Shown piece by piece: positions 38,517 to 50,319 of a DNA stretch of 64,000 nt; the first letter of the stretch is position 1, and each line of letters opens with the position of its first letter. The stretch is from NCBI GenBank assembly GCA_963717995.1, contig CAVQXX010000001.1:14187-78186 (forward strand), in the 5' to 3' direction. The position numbers were made by a program, and so were the translations under genes. The stretch comes from an uncultured Bacteroidales bacterium (GTDB lineage: Bacteria; Bacteroidota; Bacteroidia; Bacteroidales; UBA10428). The notes beneath the pieces were generated by a model. That model ran no database searches, was not told where the DNA came from, and was given only the letters and a program-made list of their open reading frames with translations.

Positions 38517-40556
38517 ATGAAACTTTCATTGGTAACCTTAGTCTTTTCATCCTTAACGGGATTAATGGCTGCCCAGGAAACTGACTCACTTGCCGGATTG
38601 AATTCGCCGGGATCACATATACTGGATGAGGTAGTTATTTCTGCCAACAGATATGGTTCGGTCCAATTAAAAACTCCTGAAGCCATTAACCTGATTGACA
38701 ATAATACAATTCAGAAGTTTCAGCCCGGTAATGCCCCCACAGCACTAAGGCTTGCACCCGGGGTATTTGTGCAGAAGACAAATCATGGCGGAGGTTCACC
38801 TTTTCTGCGGGGATTAACAGGGAACCAGACCCTCCTGCTGGTTGACGGCATCCGCCTCAGTAACGCAACAACAAGGTATGGACCTAATCAATATTTTAAT
38901 ACGATCGATGTTTTTGGCCTTGAAAAAATCGAAGCCCTGCGCGGCAGTGGTTCTGTTCAATACGGCTCAGATGCAATAGGAGGAACCATACAGACATTCA
39001 GTCATGAACCTGTGATTACCGATAAGCAAACCTGGGGAGGTGATTTTCTTACAAGGATTGCCACACAGGGAATGGAACAGAGTCTGCACGGTGCAGTCAA
39101 ATACAGCAATAAAAAAGTTGCCTTCAGAGTGGGTGCAACATGGCGGAATTTTGGGGACCTTGTTGGTGGGGATACCACGGGCCGGCAAAACCCAACCGGT
39201 TACAAAGAAATTGATTTCGATTTAAAAGGTAAGATTTTACTGTCTCCATCATCCGATCTTACAATATCTTATCAGAGTGTAAATCAGAACGACGTCCCCG
39301 TATACCATAAAGTGATCCTGGAGAACTATGCTGTTAATAAGATGGATCCTCAAAAACGCAACCTGGCTTATCTAAAGCTAAATCAAAAGGTTAATGCAAG
39401 CTTATTGAAATCTTTATTATTCAAAGCCTCTTTTCAGTATAGCGAAGAAGGAAGAGAACTTCGCAAAAACGGATCATCCGTCTTAAGAACCGAAAATGAT
39501 AAAGTGTATTCATCTGCTTTTTCGGCTGAAGCTTTTACAAAAAAAGGGATTGTGTGGTCAGCGAACAGCGGTTTGGAGGTATACCACGACGAGGTTAAGA
39601 GCGTGCGTACCGATTCAGATCTGTCAATGAATGAAACTGATTCAAAACGAGGATTATATCCCGACGGAGCTAATATGACCAGCATGGCTGCTTTTAGTTT
39701 ACATACATTTGATCTTAAGGTATGGAATGCCACAGCCGGGGTACGTTTTAATTCATTTGTCATTAACGTTAACGATGAAGATGCAGGTAATACCAAACTT
39801 ACACCTTCCGCACTCGTCGGCAATTTAGCCATACTCCGGAAACTAAATAAGACATCAAATCTTTTTGTTTCCCTGAACTCAGGATTCAGGGCCCCGAATA
39901 TTGATGACCTTGGCACCCTGGGTATAGTTGATTTCAGATACGAGATCCCGAATTTTGATCTTAACCCTGAGCATTCATTTCAGTATCAGCTTGGATATAA
40001 ATACCAGGATCGCAACCTCAAAGGCGAATTCTATTTATACCGCAACGAATTATACAACCTGATCGTACGGAATAAGATTCCCGGAGACAGTATTGAAGGC
40101 TATCCGGTTTATCAGAAGGAAAATGTCGAACGTGCCTATGTTCAGGGTGCTGAAACAGCCTGGGAATTTACATTTAATCAATCCTGGTCACTTTCGGGTA
40201 ACCTGACATATACATATGGACAAAACATTACAAGAGACGAACCTGTACGACGCATTCCACCGCTTTTTGGCCGCCTGGCGCTGGAGTATACCCTTAAAAG
40301 CTGGTGGTTTAACGTTGAATGGCTGGCTGCAGGTAAGCAGGACCGCCTGGCACAGGGTGATAAAGACGATAACCGGATCCCTTCCGGAGGCACCCCTGGC
40401 TGGAACATTTTTAATATGAATGCCAATTATACATTGCGGTTTATCAAATTCGACCTGAACCTGATAAATCTATTTAATTCGGACTACAGGTATCATGGCT
40501 CCGGGGTAAACGGATGCGGCCGGTCGGCTTTCCTGTCAATTGCTGTTACTATTTAG
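38517..40556 (+). CDS. TonB-dependent receptor
   Basis: Signal peptide from the ATG at 38517. Plug motifs (DEVVISANRYG, FLRGLTGNQTLLLVDGIRL, IEALRGSGSVQYGSDAIGG) and a C-terminal beta-barrel. Confidence 0.85.
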   Translation: MKLSLVTLVFSSLTGLMAAQETDSLAGLNSPGSHILDEVVISANRYGSVQLKTPEAINLIDNNTIQKFQPGNAPTALRLAPGVFVQKTNHGGGSPFLRGLTGNQTLLLVDGIRLSNATTRYGPNQYFNTIDVFGLEKIEALRGSGSVQYGSDAIGGTIQTFSHEPVITDKQTWGGDFLTRIATQGMEQSLHGAVKYSNKKVAFRVGATWRNFGDLVGGDTTGRQNPTGYKEIDFDLKGKILLSPSSDLTISYQSVNQNDVPVYHKVILENYAVNKMDPQKRNLAYLKLNQKVNASLLKSLLFKASFQYSEEGRELRKNGSSVLRTENDKVYSSAFSAEAFTKKGIVWSANSGLEVYHDEVKSVRTDSDLSMNETDSKRGLYPDGANMTSMAAFSLHTFDLKVWNATAGVRFNSFVINVNDEDAGNTKLTPSALVGNLAILRKLNKTSNLFVSLNSGFRAPNIDDLGTLGIVDFRYEIPNFDLNPEHSFQYQLGYKYQDRNLKGEFYLYRNELYNLIVRNKIPGDSIEGYPVYQKENVERAYVQGAETAWEFTFNQSWSLSGNLTYTYGQNITRDEPVRRIPPLFGRLALEYTLKSWWFNVEWLAAGKQDRLAQGDKDDNRIPSGGTPGWNIFNMNANYTLRFIKFDLNLINLFNSDYRYHGSGVNGCGRSAFLSIAVTI

Positions 40557-40647
40557 CAGTAACTGTAGAAGCGAAATGCAATTAGTTACATTTAAAGTAG
40601 TTTTTTTAACTGGAATATACATTTCAACAAACTGAAAAGCCCTCAAG

Positions 40648-41139
40648 TCAGTCAGTTACCTTTTTTACGATCTCAAAAATCTCATCGGATGCGGCTATCA
40701 TCACATTTTTTATATTATCGGGCATATTCTTTGCCAGGGCGCCGCCATCGATCAGTGAAACATAAGTCTTTCCATCGGTTTTTTCATAAACCGATATTCT
40801 GCACGGCATCATAACGGATATCATCCTTTCATAATTAAGTTCCAGGATCTGTCCGGAATATTCAGGTTTGCAAATTTCTATTACTGTAACCGGGTTGACA
40901 TTTTTTCCGGCTTTTGCCAGCGATTTCTGAAGATCATGGATCACAGGAATATTCCACGCTCTTTCTTTTGCCTCAGCAGTGAGATGGTCAACCGTTTCAA
41001 TGAATGTGTACTTACTCGCCTTCTCTACAACCAGGTCAGTCTGCTTCGACGTTAATGCCTGCGCATGCAGTGGAGCATGGGGGAGGAGTAAAAAAGTCAG
41101 TGTTATAGTAGCAGCTGTCATCAGAAGATTTCTATTCAT
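40648..41139 (-). CDS. secreted DUF302 domain protein
   Basis: Signal peptide plus DUF302-like core (NIPVIHDLQ...VIEICKP...RISVYE). Confidence 0.65.
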   Translation of the reverse strand: MNRNLLMTAATITLTFLLLPHAPLHAQALTSKQTDLVVEKASKYTFIETVDHLTAEAKERAWNIPVIHDLQKSLAKAGKNVNPVTVIEICKPEYSGQILELNYERMISVMMPCRISVYEKTDGKTYVSLIDGGALAKNMPDNIKNVMIAASDEIFEIVKKVTD

Positions 41140-41209
41140 TTTGTTGGGTATTTTTCATATCAAATGTCGGAAACTTAAATATATGAAACAATTAGAATAT
41201 TGCTGTCGG

Positions 41210-41968
41210 CTAGCGGTTGAGCCATTTTCTGAACCCTGCAGAACGATCGATACTGACAATGGTATCCGCCGGATCTGCCGTTTTTGGCTTTAGCTCCAGT
41301 TTGATCCGCCCTCTTGAATAAGCAATCATATTGGCTATCGCATCCATGTTTACAACATATTTGCGGTTTATCCTGAAGAAATGATCCGGATTCAGCAAGC
41401 TTTCGAGTTTGTCAAGTGTGAATTCCACAGGGTAGGAATGACCCGTGCATGTAGTCAGGTAAACACCTTTCTCAAGGACAAAGAAATAGGCAATTTCCGA
41501 TACCTCAATCTTCCTGATTTTTTCACCTACCTGGATCATAAACCTCTTCCTGAATTCCGGCTCCTTTCCCTGCAGTTGTGAAAGTAACAAATCAAAGTCA
41601 ATACCAAAGGCCGTCTTAAATGTCGTGTACTTTTTCAGACTCTCTTCCAGGTCACCCCTGCTGATTGGTTTCAGCAGGTAAGCTATGCTGTTCAGTTTAA
41701 ATGCCCTGATGGCATATTGGTCGAACGCCGTGGTGAAAACTACCGGAACGTTCACGGATACCTGTTCGAAAATGCTGAAACTTATGCCATCTGAAAGCTG
41801 TATATCAAGAAACAGGATGTCACACGAATGATTCATAAGCCACTTCACTGACTCCTGGATGGATCCCAGCTTGGCCATTACCTGAATGGAAGGATCAATC
41901 TCCTGTAACAGGCTTTCTATCTTATCAGCCGCATAGGCCTCGTCTTCAATGATCAGTGCTTTCATCAT
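41210..41968 (-). CDS. LytR/AlgR-family response regulator (receiver plus LytTR)
   Basis: Receiver domain (IIEDE...DILFLDIQL) and a C-terminal LytTR domain (FFRINRKYVVN). Confidence 0.9.
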   Translation of the reverse strand: MMKALIIEDEAYAADKIESLLQEIDPSIQVMAKLGSIQESVKWLMNHSCDILFLDIQLSDGISFSIFEQVSVNVPVVFTTAFDQYAIRAFKLNSIAYLLKPISRGDLEESLKKYTTFKTAFGIDFDLLLSQLQGKEPEFRKRFMIQVGEKIRKIEVSEIAYFFVLEKGVYLTTCTGHSYPVEFTLDKLESLLNPDHFFRINRKYVVNMDAIANMIAYSRGRIKLELKPKTADPADTIVSIDRSAGFRKWLNR

Positions 41969-43037
41969 CTTCGGTTGTAATCAGGGGTAATTTGGCGATA
42001 TATTCATTGGTTTCCACAACAAATTCCGGCACCAGGTTACTGATCAGCGCATACCGCTTTGTCAGGTTTTTCAAGCCGAGGCCTGTTGATGCAACTGAGG
42101 ATATTTTGGGTTGCATGTTGTTTTTCACGACAAGGTACTGTTGTTCGCAATAAATCGTAATGTGCAGGGGATGGCTGTGATTCACAATATTGTGTTTAAT
42201 GGCATTTTCAAGCACCAACTGCAGGGAAAGCGGTGGCAGTAACAGAATAAGCTTTTCAGCAGGCACCTGCAACTCGTGGGTAAGGTCCTCGCCGTAACGG
42301 ATTCCCTGCAGAAACATGTAGGAACGCATGAACTCAATTTCCTGGCTCAGTTTTACCACAGGTTGTTCGATGGTTTCAAGAACATACCTGTAAATCTGTG
42401 AAAAAGCATCAATGAATTGCTGGGCCTTGGTGATGTCTTTATTGATCAAACCTGACAGCACATTCAGGCTGTTGAACATGAAATGAGGATTGATCTGGCT
42501 TTTCAGCACTTCGAATTTAATCTGGCTAAGCTCGATCCGCAGATTTTCAGCCTGTTGCCTGGCCAGCCTGCTTTCGAGATAGAAAATCCAGGCTTCAAGG
42601 ATGGCCATCAGAATCACATTCACCACCGAAGCGATTAAGCCGTTGGTGACAAGCATCCGCAATAAACCCTCACGATAGGGATGAATCAGATGGGAAGTCA
42701 CTGTTATAAAAACAGCTGCAATACTCGCTATGGCAGCAGCAGAAACAAGTTGCAACGCAACCCTTTTGACTGTCTTTCTTCCCCAGGGAGAAATACGGTT
42801 CAGGATACGGATAAAAAAAAGATCGGGATAGGCCAGCAGGAGACCTCCCACTATGCTCAGGGATGTACCTATAAGTAACCGTATGAAGAAAACCAGGGGG
42901 CTGCTTACAACATAAAACCCGCTCAGATGATTATAGGTGATAATCACCAATTGAAGTGTAAATGCCAGTCCGATGATCAGTTTGAACAACCGGCTAAAAG
43001 AAAAATCTGAATGGATTTGCTTACAAAACATTTGCAT
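41946..43037 (-). CDS. LytS/YehU-type sensor histidine kinase
   Basis: Multi-TM N-terminus and His_kinase motif QINPHFMFNSLNVLSGLI. Overlaps the response regulator gene. Confidence 0.85.
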   Translation of the reverse strand: MQMFCKQIHSDFSFSRLFKLIIGLAFTLQLVIITYNHLSGFYVVSSPLVFFIRLLIGTSLSIVGGLLLAYPDLFFIRILNRISPWGRKTVKRVALQLVSAAAIASIAAVFITVTSHLIHPYREGLLRMLVTNGLIASVVNVILMAILEAWIFYLESRLARQQAENLRIELSQIKFEVLKSQINPHFMFNSLNVLSGLINKDITKAQQFIDAFSQIYRYVLETIEQPVVKLSQEIEFMRSYMFLQGIRYGEDLTHELQVPAEKLILLLPPLSLQLVLENAIKHNIVNHSHPLHITIYCEQQYLVVKNNMQPKISSVASTGLGLKNLTKRYALISNLVPEFVVETNEYIAKLPLITTEDDESTDH

Positions 43038-43178
43038 GATTCATAATTAATCAAATATACAAGCATACTTGAAATATGGAGAGCATATTCTGAACATTTC
43101 TGCGAGCCTGGTGATGGATGGAAAGGCCCGGCAGTGAAACGGATTTTTTCACTACCGGTTTTCAGGTGAATTGCCTTT

Positions 43179-43766
43179 CTAAAAGCGCTTCAGGATGCCA
43201 ATCCTTACTGCCAGGTATTGAAGCCTGAGGTCATGGGGCACATCTTCCATATGCACTTCCCGGTTCAGGGAGTTGAATTTCAGTCCGGGGGTCAGGCTCC
43301 AGTTTGATCCCAACGGAATGTCTATTCCTGCTGCTGCCTGCCATCCGAATCCATGCCCGCTGTCTTCAACGATTTCACCGTCCGGATTTTCAATCTCAAT
43401 GTGGTTATACAGGCCAGCACCCCTTACATAGTATGAAATGCCGGAAGCGCCGACCGGATGTTTGAACTGAAGTCCGAACACATACCCGGTTTCTTCAAAG
43501 TCCATATCCGTGCCGGCAAAGGAATTGTCCGAGCCAAAATGATTCCAGCCCCATCCTGCATAAATACCAGTATAAGGCATAAAGCGATAGTGCAGGATAC
43601 CTTCAAAACCCAATCCTGTCTTCAGGTCTGCATCTGCCAGATCTCTTGTGGCAAAAGAGGCTCCCCCGTTGAGTTCGAAACCGAACCTCTTGCCGGTTTC
43701 CTGTGATGTAACTGTGGATATGCATATTGCCATCAGGGCAATCGATAAGAATACTTTTGTTTTCAT
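43179..43766 (-). CDS. outer-membrane beta-barrel (porin-family) protein
   Basis: Signal peptide from MKTKVFLSIALMA. Alternating beta-strand pattern and a terminal F. Confidence 0.55.
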   Translation of the reverse strand: MKTKVFLSIALMAICISTVTSQETGKRFGFELNGGASFATRDLADADLKTGLGFEGILHYRFMPYTGIYAGWGWNHFGSDNSFAGTDMDFEETGYVFGLQFKHPVGASGISYYVRGAGLYNHIEIENPDGEIVEDSGHGFGWQAAAGIDIPLGSNWSLTPGLKFNSLNREVHMEDVPHDLRLQYLAVRIGILKRF

Positions 43767-44037
43767 GATGTGTGATTTTAAATTGTGTCTTTTCATGATT
43801 CAAAAGTAGCCGAGCGGCCTGGTGTAACCAATTAAAACATGCCGAGGGTGTGAAAATGTTCTCCGAAGGGGTTTGTTTTCAGGTTGAATGACATATATTC
43901 ATCGAACACCCTGACTTGAAAACGGAATTACATACAACAACAACCCGCCCGGGATTAAAAGTTTTTACTGTAGTCCGGACAAACGGCGTAAATCTCAGCG
44001 AAAATTTCCTATATTCAATCCCGGAAAATCTATCTGA

Positions 44038-44604
44038 ATGATACCGAAACCGGATAATACGCTGGAACTTCTGATGCATACCCTGGAGGATAATGGCTCT
44101 CAGGATGGGAGGTTTTCCGGATTTTTCAATGAGAACCGGATCGCCTCCAAAACCATGCTTATCAGAGAAGGAGATTTCATCCGGTCAATCTATTTCGTCA
44201 GGAAAGGCTGCCTCAGGCTCTGGTTCAACAGCCAGGGGAAAGATATAACCTACCAGTTCTTCCTTGAAAACCAGGCTGTGTCAGGTTTCATCGATGATGA
44301 GAAGAGCCCGTTCTACCTGGAAAGTATTGAACCTTCAACAATTGTAATCATTAAGGTAAAAGACTTCGAGACCCTGTTATACGAAGTGCCTGGTCTTAAA
44401 GATGAATTCATGGGATACCTGAATCAGAGGCTTGCCTTATATTCAAAATTATTCCTGTCAAGAATTAAGGACAGCCCTAAACAGCGTTATGATAATCTTT
44501 TAAGGGACAACCCGGAAATCCTGAAAAGGGTTCCCCAGCATTACATCGCCACATTCCTGGGGATGACCCCGGTGTCCTTAAGCCGCATAAGAAACAAACG
44601 ATAA
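44038..44604 (+). CDS. Crp/Fnr-family transcriptional regulator
   Basis: cNMP-binding-like barrel (IREGDFIRSIYFVRKGCLRLW) and C-terminal HTH (IATFLGMTPVSLSRIR). Confidence 0.8.
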   Translation: MIPKPDNTLELLMHTLEDNGSQDGRFSGFFNENRIASKTMLIREGDFIRSIYFVRKGCLRLWFNSQGKDITYQFFLENQAVSGFIDDEKSPFYLESIEPSTIVIIKVKDFETLLYEVPGLKDEFMGYLNQRLALYSKLFLSRIKDSPKQRYDNLLRDNPEILKRVPQHYIATFLGMTPVSLSRIRNKR

Positions 44605-44714
44605 GGGGCTTGATTTCTTAACAATTGTTATCGTCCGGGACCGACATGGCAAGTTACTTTTGACATAAAAAGCAGTACGCTTCAATTTGTCAAAACGTCA
44701 GAACTTAAGAAACC

Positions 44715-45383
44715 ATGAAATCCCGGTCAATAATAAAAAGGACATATGCCCTTTGCATGCTTTTGCTGACTCCAGTAATATTCAATGCATACGGGCAGGA
44801 TCCGTTTGCATCTGATACTTCAAGAAAAATTCAGGGCATTACTCCTGCCCTTCGCGGGAAAAAGAGCTTTACAATGACCTCCCTTACCTTTGGCGGAAAC
44901 GGTGTGAACCTGACACAGGTGAATGGCCAATTCAGCATAATGACAGGAGGAAGGGGTTCCGCCACATTCAATAAGCGATTTACCCTGGGCGGGGGTGGAT
45001 GGGGTATGACTAAGGGCATCGAAGTGGAAAGCACCACAGAGGGTGTGTACAATTTCATAAAAATGGGCTACGGAGGTGTTGATTTCGGTTACCTGCTCTA
45101 TCCGGGGGAAAGGCTTAACCTGGGGATCAAATTATTGATAGCAGGCGGTGCAGTTTTTAAGGAAACGGTTCCCGAATCGGACGACAGTGAATTCAAAATG
45201 TTCCCGGCACTGGAACCCACCCTTTATTACCAGGTCTCATTAAGCAGATTATTCAGGTTTGAAATGGGTGCAGGCTACAGGTACATCCGCGGGATTAGTC
45301 TCCCTTATATTTCCGACAGTGAACTGGGCGGGTTCTCCTGCTATTTTGGTTTTCTTGTCAGTGCCGGCGACTGCTCCAAATAA
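44715..45383 (+). CDS. hypothetical secreted Gly-rich protein, possibly a beta-barrel
   Basis: Signal peptide and long ORF; no recognisable motif. Confidence 0.45.
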   Translation: MKSRSIIKRTYALCMLLLTPVIFNAYGQDPFASDTSRKIQGITPALRGKKSFTMTSLTFGGNGVNLTQVNGQFSIMTGGRGSATFNKRFTLGGGGWGMTKGIEVESTTEGVYNFIKMGYGGVDFGYLLYPGERLNLGIKLLIAGGAVFKETVPESDDSEFKMFPALEPTLYYQVSLSRLFRFEMGAGYRYIRGISLPYISDSELGGFSCYFGFLVSAGDCSK

Positions 45384-45445
45384 GCCCGAAAACTTTCAGT
45401 CCCATATAAATGAAATCAGGAATCAAAAACAAATAATTACTGACG

Positions 45446-46579
45446 ATGCTTATCTTTAAGAAAATATTTATTCGAATGCTGTTGACTTTTTCGGCATCAC
45501 TGGCAGCCCTTATCCTCTTGCTCTTAATCGTGTTGCAGGTTAACAGCAAAGGCAAACCTGAACCATTCACAGGAAAGGACGGGTTACCGGTTGCAGGAAG
45601 CATTTCTGAAAAGACATTTATAACTGCCGGTGGTGTCAGGCAGGGGATGTTTATCCGGGGTAAAAACATCAAGAATCCGGTATTGCTCTATATTCACGGA
45701 GGTCCCGCATTCCCGAATTATTTTCTCATTGAAAAATATGCTCCCGGGCTTGAGGAGTATTTTACCGTGTGCTACTGGGAACAGCGGGGTGGAGGACTAT
45801 CATACAGCAGCGAGGTAACACCGGAAAGCATGAACTTTCGACAGCTTGCCTCTGATGCGATCGAAGTCACCCATTATCTGCGCAAACGCTTCGGGAAGGA
45901 AAAAATATATATGCTGGCCCACTCTGGCGGTACCCCTTTTGCGATTATGGCGGCGTCAATGGCTCCCGAACTTTATCATGCTTATCTGGGCATGGCACAG
46001 ATCACAAACCAGGCCGAATCGGAAAGGATCGCTTATATGTATATGAAGGAGCAATATAGCGCTTCCGGAAACAGGAAAGCCCTGGCGGAATTTAAAAAGT
46101 ATCCGGTATCCGATTCATCTTCATACATTATCCCTTTTTATAAGTCCATGATACGCGACAGATCGATGCATGAACTGGGAATCGGCACCATGCGGAATAT
46201 GCGATCAGTATTCAGCGGTGTCTTCATTCCCGTTTGGATGTGCAGGGCTTACACCCTAAAGGAAAAGTTCAGCATATGGGAGTCCAGATTTTCATTTGTG
46301 AAAAAGACAAAGCTGATTGATGAGCTGTTTGCCACCGATATACCGGCCGGAATACCTGAACTCAGTATCCCCGTATATTTCTTCAGCGGGAAGTATGATA
46401 TGACGGTGAATATTGATCTTTCAAAGGACTATCTGAAAAAGTTAAAGGCTCCCGTTAAAGGATTTTACATTTTCAATGAGTCGGCTCACAGCCCTCTTTT
46501 CGAAGAGCCGGCGAAATTCCGGGAAATCCTTTTAAAGGACGTTCTCAACGGGAGTAACTCACTAGCAGATGCCATGTGA
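45446..46579 (+). CDS. alpha/beta hydrolase (proline-iminopeptidase-like)
   Basis: HGGPA oxyanion motif, nucleophile elbow LAHSGG, and a C-terminal His context ESAHSP. Confidence 0.75.
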   Translation: MLIFKKIFIRMLLTFSASLAALILLLLIVLQVNSKGKPEPFTGKDGLPVAGSISEKTFITAGGVRQGMFIRGKNIKNPVLLYIHGGPAFPNYFLIEKYAPGLEEYFTVCYWEQRGGGLSYSSEVTPESMNFRQLASDAIEVTHYLRKRFGKEKIYMLAHSGGTPFAIMAASMAPELYHAYLGMAQITNQAESERIAYMYMKEQYSASGNRKALAEFKKYPVSDSSSYIIPFYKSMIRDRSMHELGIGTMRNMRSVFSGVFIPVWMCRAYTLKEKFSIWESRFSFVKKTKLIDELFATDIPAGIPELSIPVYFFSGKYDMTVNIDLSKDYLKKLKAPVKGFYIFNESAHSPLFEEPAKFREILLKDVLNGSNSLADAM

Positions 46580-46906
46580 TCTGAGGGGTGCTGACGGATC
46601 TTATACCGGTGAAAAGATAACCCGATATTTCTCCGCTAATTTTACATCCGCAGATACTATAACATTTACGTTTGCCAACTTAAAATACATATATTCAGGT
46701 TCATATGCTCAGGATTATGGCAAATACCTTTTGTGATGATGAAAAGGCTTAAGCGTACAGCAAAATTTAAGGATTTACTGACTTACAATTGCTTTTCATA
46801 AATATCCGTAGGTTAATGTTCTCAGAATTTCCTAATTTTGTACAGATCATCTCAGACATCCTGTAGCGATTCTTTGAAAAAGCAATTAAAAACTATTTTT
46901 ACGGAT

Positions 46907-49267
46907 ATGAACAAAAACCTGTTTGGCTTATTATTACTGTCCATGACAGTTTCCTTTTCGTGTACCCCGAAAAAAGCGGACCAGCAGGCTTCATCTGCGG
47001 GAGCTGATTTGGACCGTACCTCGTTGCCAATAAAGGAACCCATCCGTCCGGTATATAAAGAGCTTGATGTGCGCAATACCTCAGCGCCGGCCAGGTTCGA
47101 GGTAAAAGCACCCAAGGATGCACCCAATGTTGTGGTTATATTAATTGATGATATGGGTTTTGGCGTTTCCGAAGCTTTTGGAGGCCCCGTTACCACCCCT
47201 ATCATGGATAAACTGGGTGCTAACGGTTTAAGATATAACCGTTTTCATACTACTGCACTTTGCTCTCCCACACGGGTGGCATTGCTCACCGGGTACAACC
47301 ATCACAGCAACAACATGGGCAGTATCGCGGAAGCAGCAACAACCTTGCCCGGAAATACTTCGGTAAGGCCTCAGACCATTAACCCCGATGGCTGAAGTAC
47401 TTCGCCAGAACGGGTATAATACAGCGGCATTCGGAAAATACCATGAAACTCCCCCTGGGAAATTTCAATTGCAGGACCCCAGGATCGCTGGCCAACCCGT
47501 TCGGGATTCGAGAAGTTTTACGGTTTCATCGGGGGTGAAACCAATCAGTGGGCACCGCTTATCTATGATGGAGTTACCCTTGTTGAAACCCCGGAAGATC
47601 CGAACTATCACTTTACCACCGATATGACCAACCAGGCTATTTCGTGGGTTCGCTACCAGAAAGCCCTGGCGCCGGATAAGCCCTTCTTTATTTATTATGC
47701 TCCCGGAGCTACTCACGCGCCGCATCACGTTCCACAGGCATGGATTGATAAATACAAAGGGAAATTTGACGAGGGTTGGGACAAGATGCGTGAACTGACG
47801 TTGGAACGCCAGAAAAAACTGGGCATAGTTCCGGAAAATACAAAACTGGCACCTAAACCGGCTGATATCAAAGACTGGGATAAACTTTCAGCCGACGAAA
47901 AGAAATTGTTTGCCCGCCAGATGGAAGTATATGCGGGATTTGCCGAACAAACGGATTACGAAGCCGGCAGACTCATTTCTACCATTAAAGAATTGGGTGT
48001 TCTGGATAACACCATAATCATATTCATTGCCGGCGATAACGGGGCAAGTGCAGAAGGACAAATGAACGGAATGTTCAGTGAGATGACTTATTTCAGCGGG
48101 GTACCTGAAACCGTTCCCGATATGCTGAAGCATTATGACGAATGGGGCGGCCCCAGCACCTATCCTCACTTCGCTGCCGGATGGGCTGTGGCAATGGATG
48201 CACCTTTTTCGTATACCAAGCAGGTAGCTTCTGATTTCGGAGGCACCCGAAACGGAATGATCATTCAGTGGCCGGCCGGTATTAAAGCCAAAGGAGAAGT
48301 GCGTTCACAGTTCGGCCATGTAATTGATATTGCTCCGACCATTTACGAGGTGACAAAAATACCCGCTCCCACCACGGTCAACGGCATTCAACAGGATCCG
48401 ATCGAGGGCACCAGCCTTGCCTATACATTCAATGATGCCGGGGCTGCCGGGAAACACAAGGTACAATACTTTGAGATGTTTGGTAACCGGGGAGTTTACC
48501 AGGATGGCTGGTTTGCACGTACAATCCACAGACCGGCATGGAGACAAAAACCCCTCAATACACTCCAGGAAGACAAGTGGGAGTTATACAATACGAATGA
48601 AGATTTTAGCCTGGCAAATGATTTGTCGGCAATGAATCCGGATAAACTGAAAGAAATGCAGGGATTATTTATGGAAGAAGCCGAAAAATACCATGTCCTG
48701 CCTCTTGATGACCGGCTGCTGGAAAGAACCAATGCTGAAATGATGGGCAGGCCGACTGTTATGGGGGCCAGAAACACGGTAACATACGGTGAAGGCATGA
48801 AAGGAATGGGGGTTGATGTCTTTATTGACCTCAGAAACACAGCTTATACCATTACCTCTGAAGTGGCAGTGAATGCGAATGGAAACGGTGTAATTGTATG
48901 CCAGGGTGGTCGTTTTGGGGGACTGTCTTTCTATCTGAAAAATGGAAAACCGGCATTCAGTTACAATTACCTGGGAATGGAATCCACACAGATCATAGCC
49001 GCTGAGGCGCTGAAACCGGGAAACTACATACTGGTTTACGACTTTGCCTATGATGGCGGTGGATTGGGCAAAGGAGGCGTGGGTACGATTTCAGTCAACG
49101 GGAAAAAAGTGGCTGAAAAGAGGATTGAAAAGACACAACCGGGTATTTTCTCAGTGGATGACCTGGCTGATGTAGGCATCGACGATGGAACCCATGTTGC
49201 AGATTATGGGTCTTCTTCAAAATTCAGCGGGAAGATCAATTATGTGACCATCGAAAGAAGAAAATAA
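46907..49267 (+). pseudogene. arylsulfatase (formylglycine type, lipoprotein signal), two frameshifts at C runs
   Basis: MNKNLFGLLLLSMTVSFSC lipobox, DDMGFG, and CSPTRVALLTG. Three ORFs (46838..47395, 47388..47627, 47624..49267) join if the indels at 47383-86 (C4) and 47451-55 (C5) are corrected (HETPPWEISIAGPQDRWPT...). Confidence 0.85.
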
Positions 49268-49278
49268 ATCTTTCCTGT

Positions 49279-49325
49279 AAAAAAGCCCGCCTTTGCTCTA
49301 AAAAAAGAGCTTTGGCGGGCTTTTT
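49279..49325. terminator. bidirectional intrinsic terminator
   Basis: AAAAAAGCCCGCC...GGCGGGCTTTTT with an inner GCTCT/AGAGC stem. A-run on the left and T-run on the right, between convergent genes. Confidence 0.7.
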
Positions 49326-49347
49326 CTTGCAGTTAGCGGTAGTCAGA

Positions 49348-49866
49348 CTACTTATTTTTTTTAGCACCCCGTTTTATTACAATTGTCTCTCCAATTTTAT
49401 CATGAAGCGCCATCCTGTTAGGATTCCAAATGGCTTGTATAAATCCAAATCCAAACTCAAGTGCGGATGCAAAATAACCCAAACTCCGTTCGATACAATG
49501 CCACAATCCGATATGCTCATGATACAAAGAAAGTACCCTTATTCTGAGAAAATATTTCCCAATGGTTTGTCCCTTCCAGAAATAAAACGAGATTGCGAAA
49601 TAAAGGACCGGCAATAGTCCAAAGAAAAATTTCAAAAAGGTAATTAAATAGGAAGGTGCATTTTCCATTTCAACTTCAACTTCGAAAATACCATGTACAT
49701 TTATCTTCGATAGGTTCATATTGAATAAACCAAACAGGATGATTATGCATAAATAAAGTATTATAAGTACTATCCAATCAATGAGGAAAGCAACAAATCT
49801 TCTCCTGATCGTGGCAAGAATAAATTCATTGTCATGATGAAATTCGTGTCTTGTTTTATAGTTCAT
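49348..49866 (-). CDS. RDD-family membrane protein
   Basis: ATIRRRFVAFLIDWIV and C-terminal ALHDKIGETIVI are typical of RDD domains. About 3 TM segments. Confidence 0.65.
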   Translation of the reverse strand: MNYKTRHEFHHDNEFILATIRRRFVAFLIDWIVLIILYLCIIILFGLFNMNLSKINVHGIFEVEVEMENAPSYLITFLKFFFGLLPVLYFAISFYFWKGQTIGKYFLRIRVLSLYHEHIGLWHCIERSLGYFASALEFGFGFIQAIWNPNRMALHDKIGETIVIKRGAKKNK

Positions 49867-49938
49867 GATTATGGATTATTAAGGTTACAAAAATTATCGC
49901 CAATGTAATTGCGCAAATTCTAATTTTCTACTATCATA

Positions 49939-50295
49939 TCATTCAAACATATCGCTTTTCTTACCTTCAAAAACAGCAATTCCTATTTGAGAAAATGATA
50001 TTTTAAGATATCCGCCATAGTTTTGTTCTCTTGCAATTTCTGAGGCATTGCGTGCATATTCAGTTTTCAATCCAAATCCACTTCCAGCACCTTCATACCT
50101 CATTAAATACTTGCCTTGAATAATGCGAATAGTTGGAAACCAGTCTGGTTTTTTCTGGCTGACTGAATCCTTCTTTGACAGCAGATCGCCAAGGTCCTTT
50201 TGTAATGGCGTCTTTGCAATGCCCGATCGGGAAATGCAGTTAAAAAACAATACCGTTAAAACAACTGCCCATCGCAAAGACCTCATATTACTCAT
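49939..50295 (-). CDS. hypothetical secreted protein
   Basis: 118-aa ORF with a signal peptide; no motif recognised. Confidence 0.4.
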   Translation of the reverse strand: MSNMRSLRWAVVLTVLFFNCISRSGIAKTPLQKDLGDLLSKKDSVSQKKPDWFPTIRIIQGKYLMRYEGAGSGFGLKTEYARNASEIAREQNYGGYLKISFSQIGIAVFEGKKSDMFE

Positions 50296-50319
50296 TCCCG
50301 TCTCAGGAAATCCGGTTTG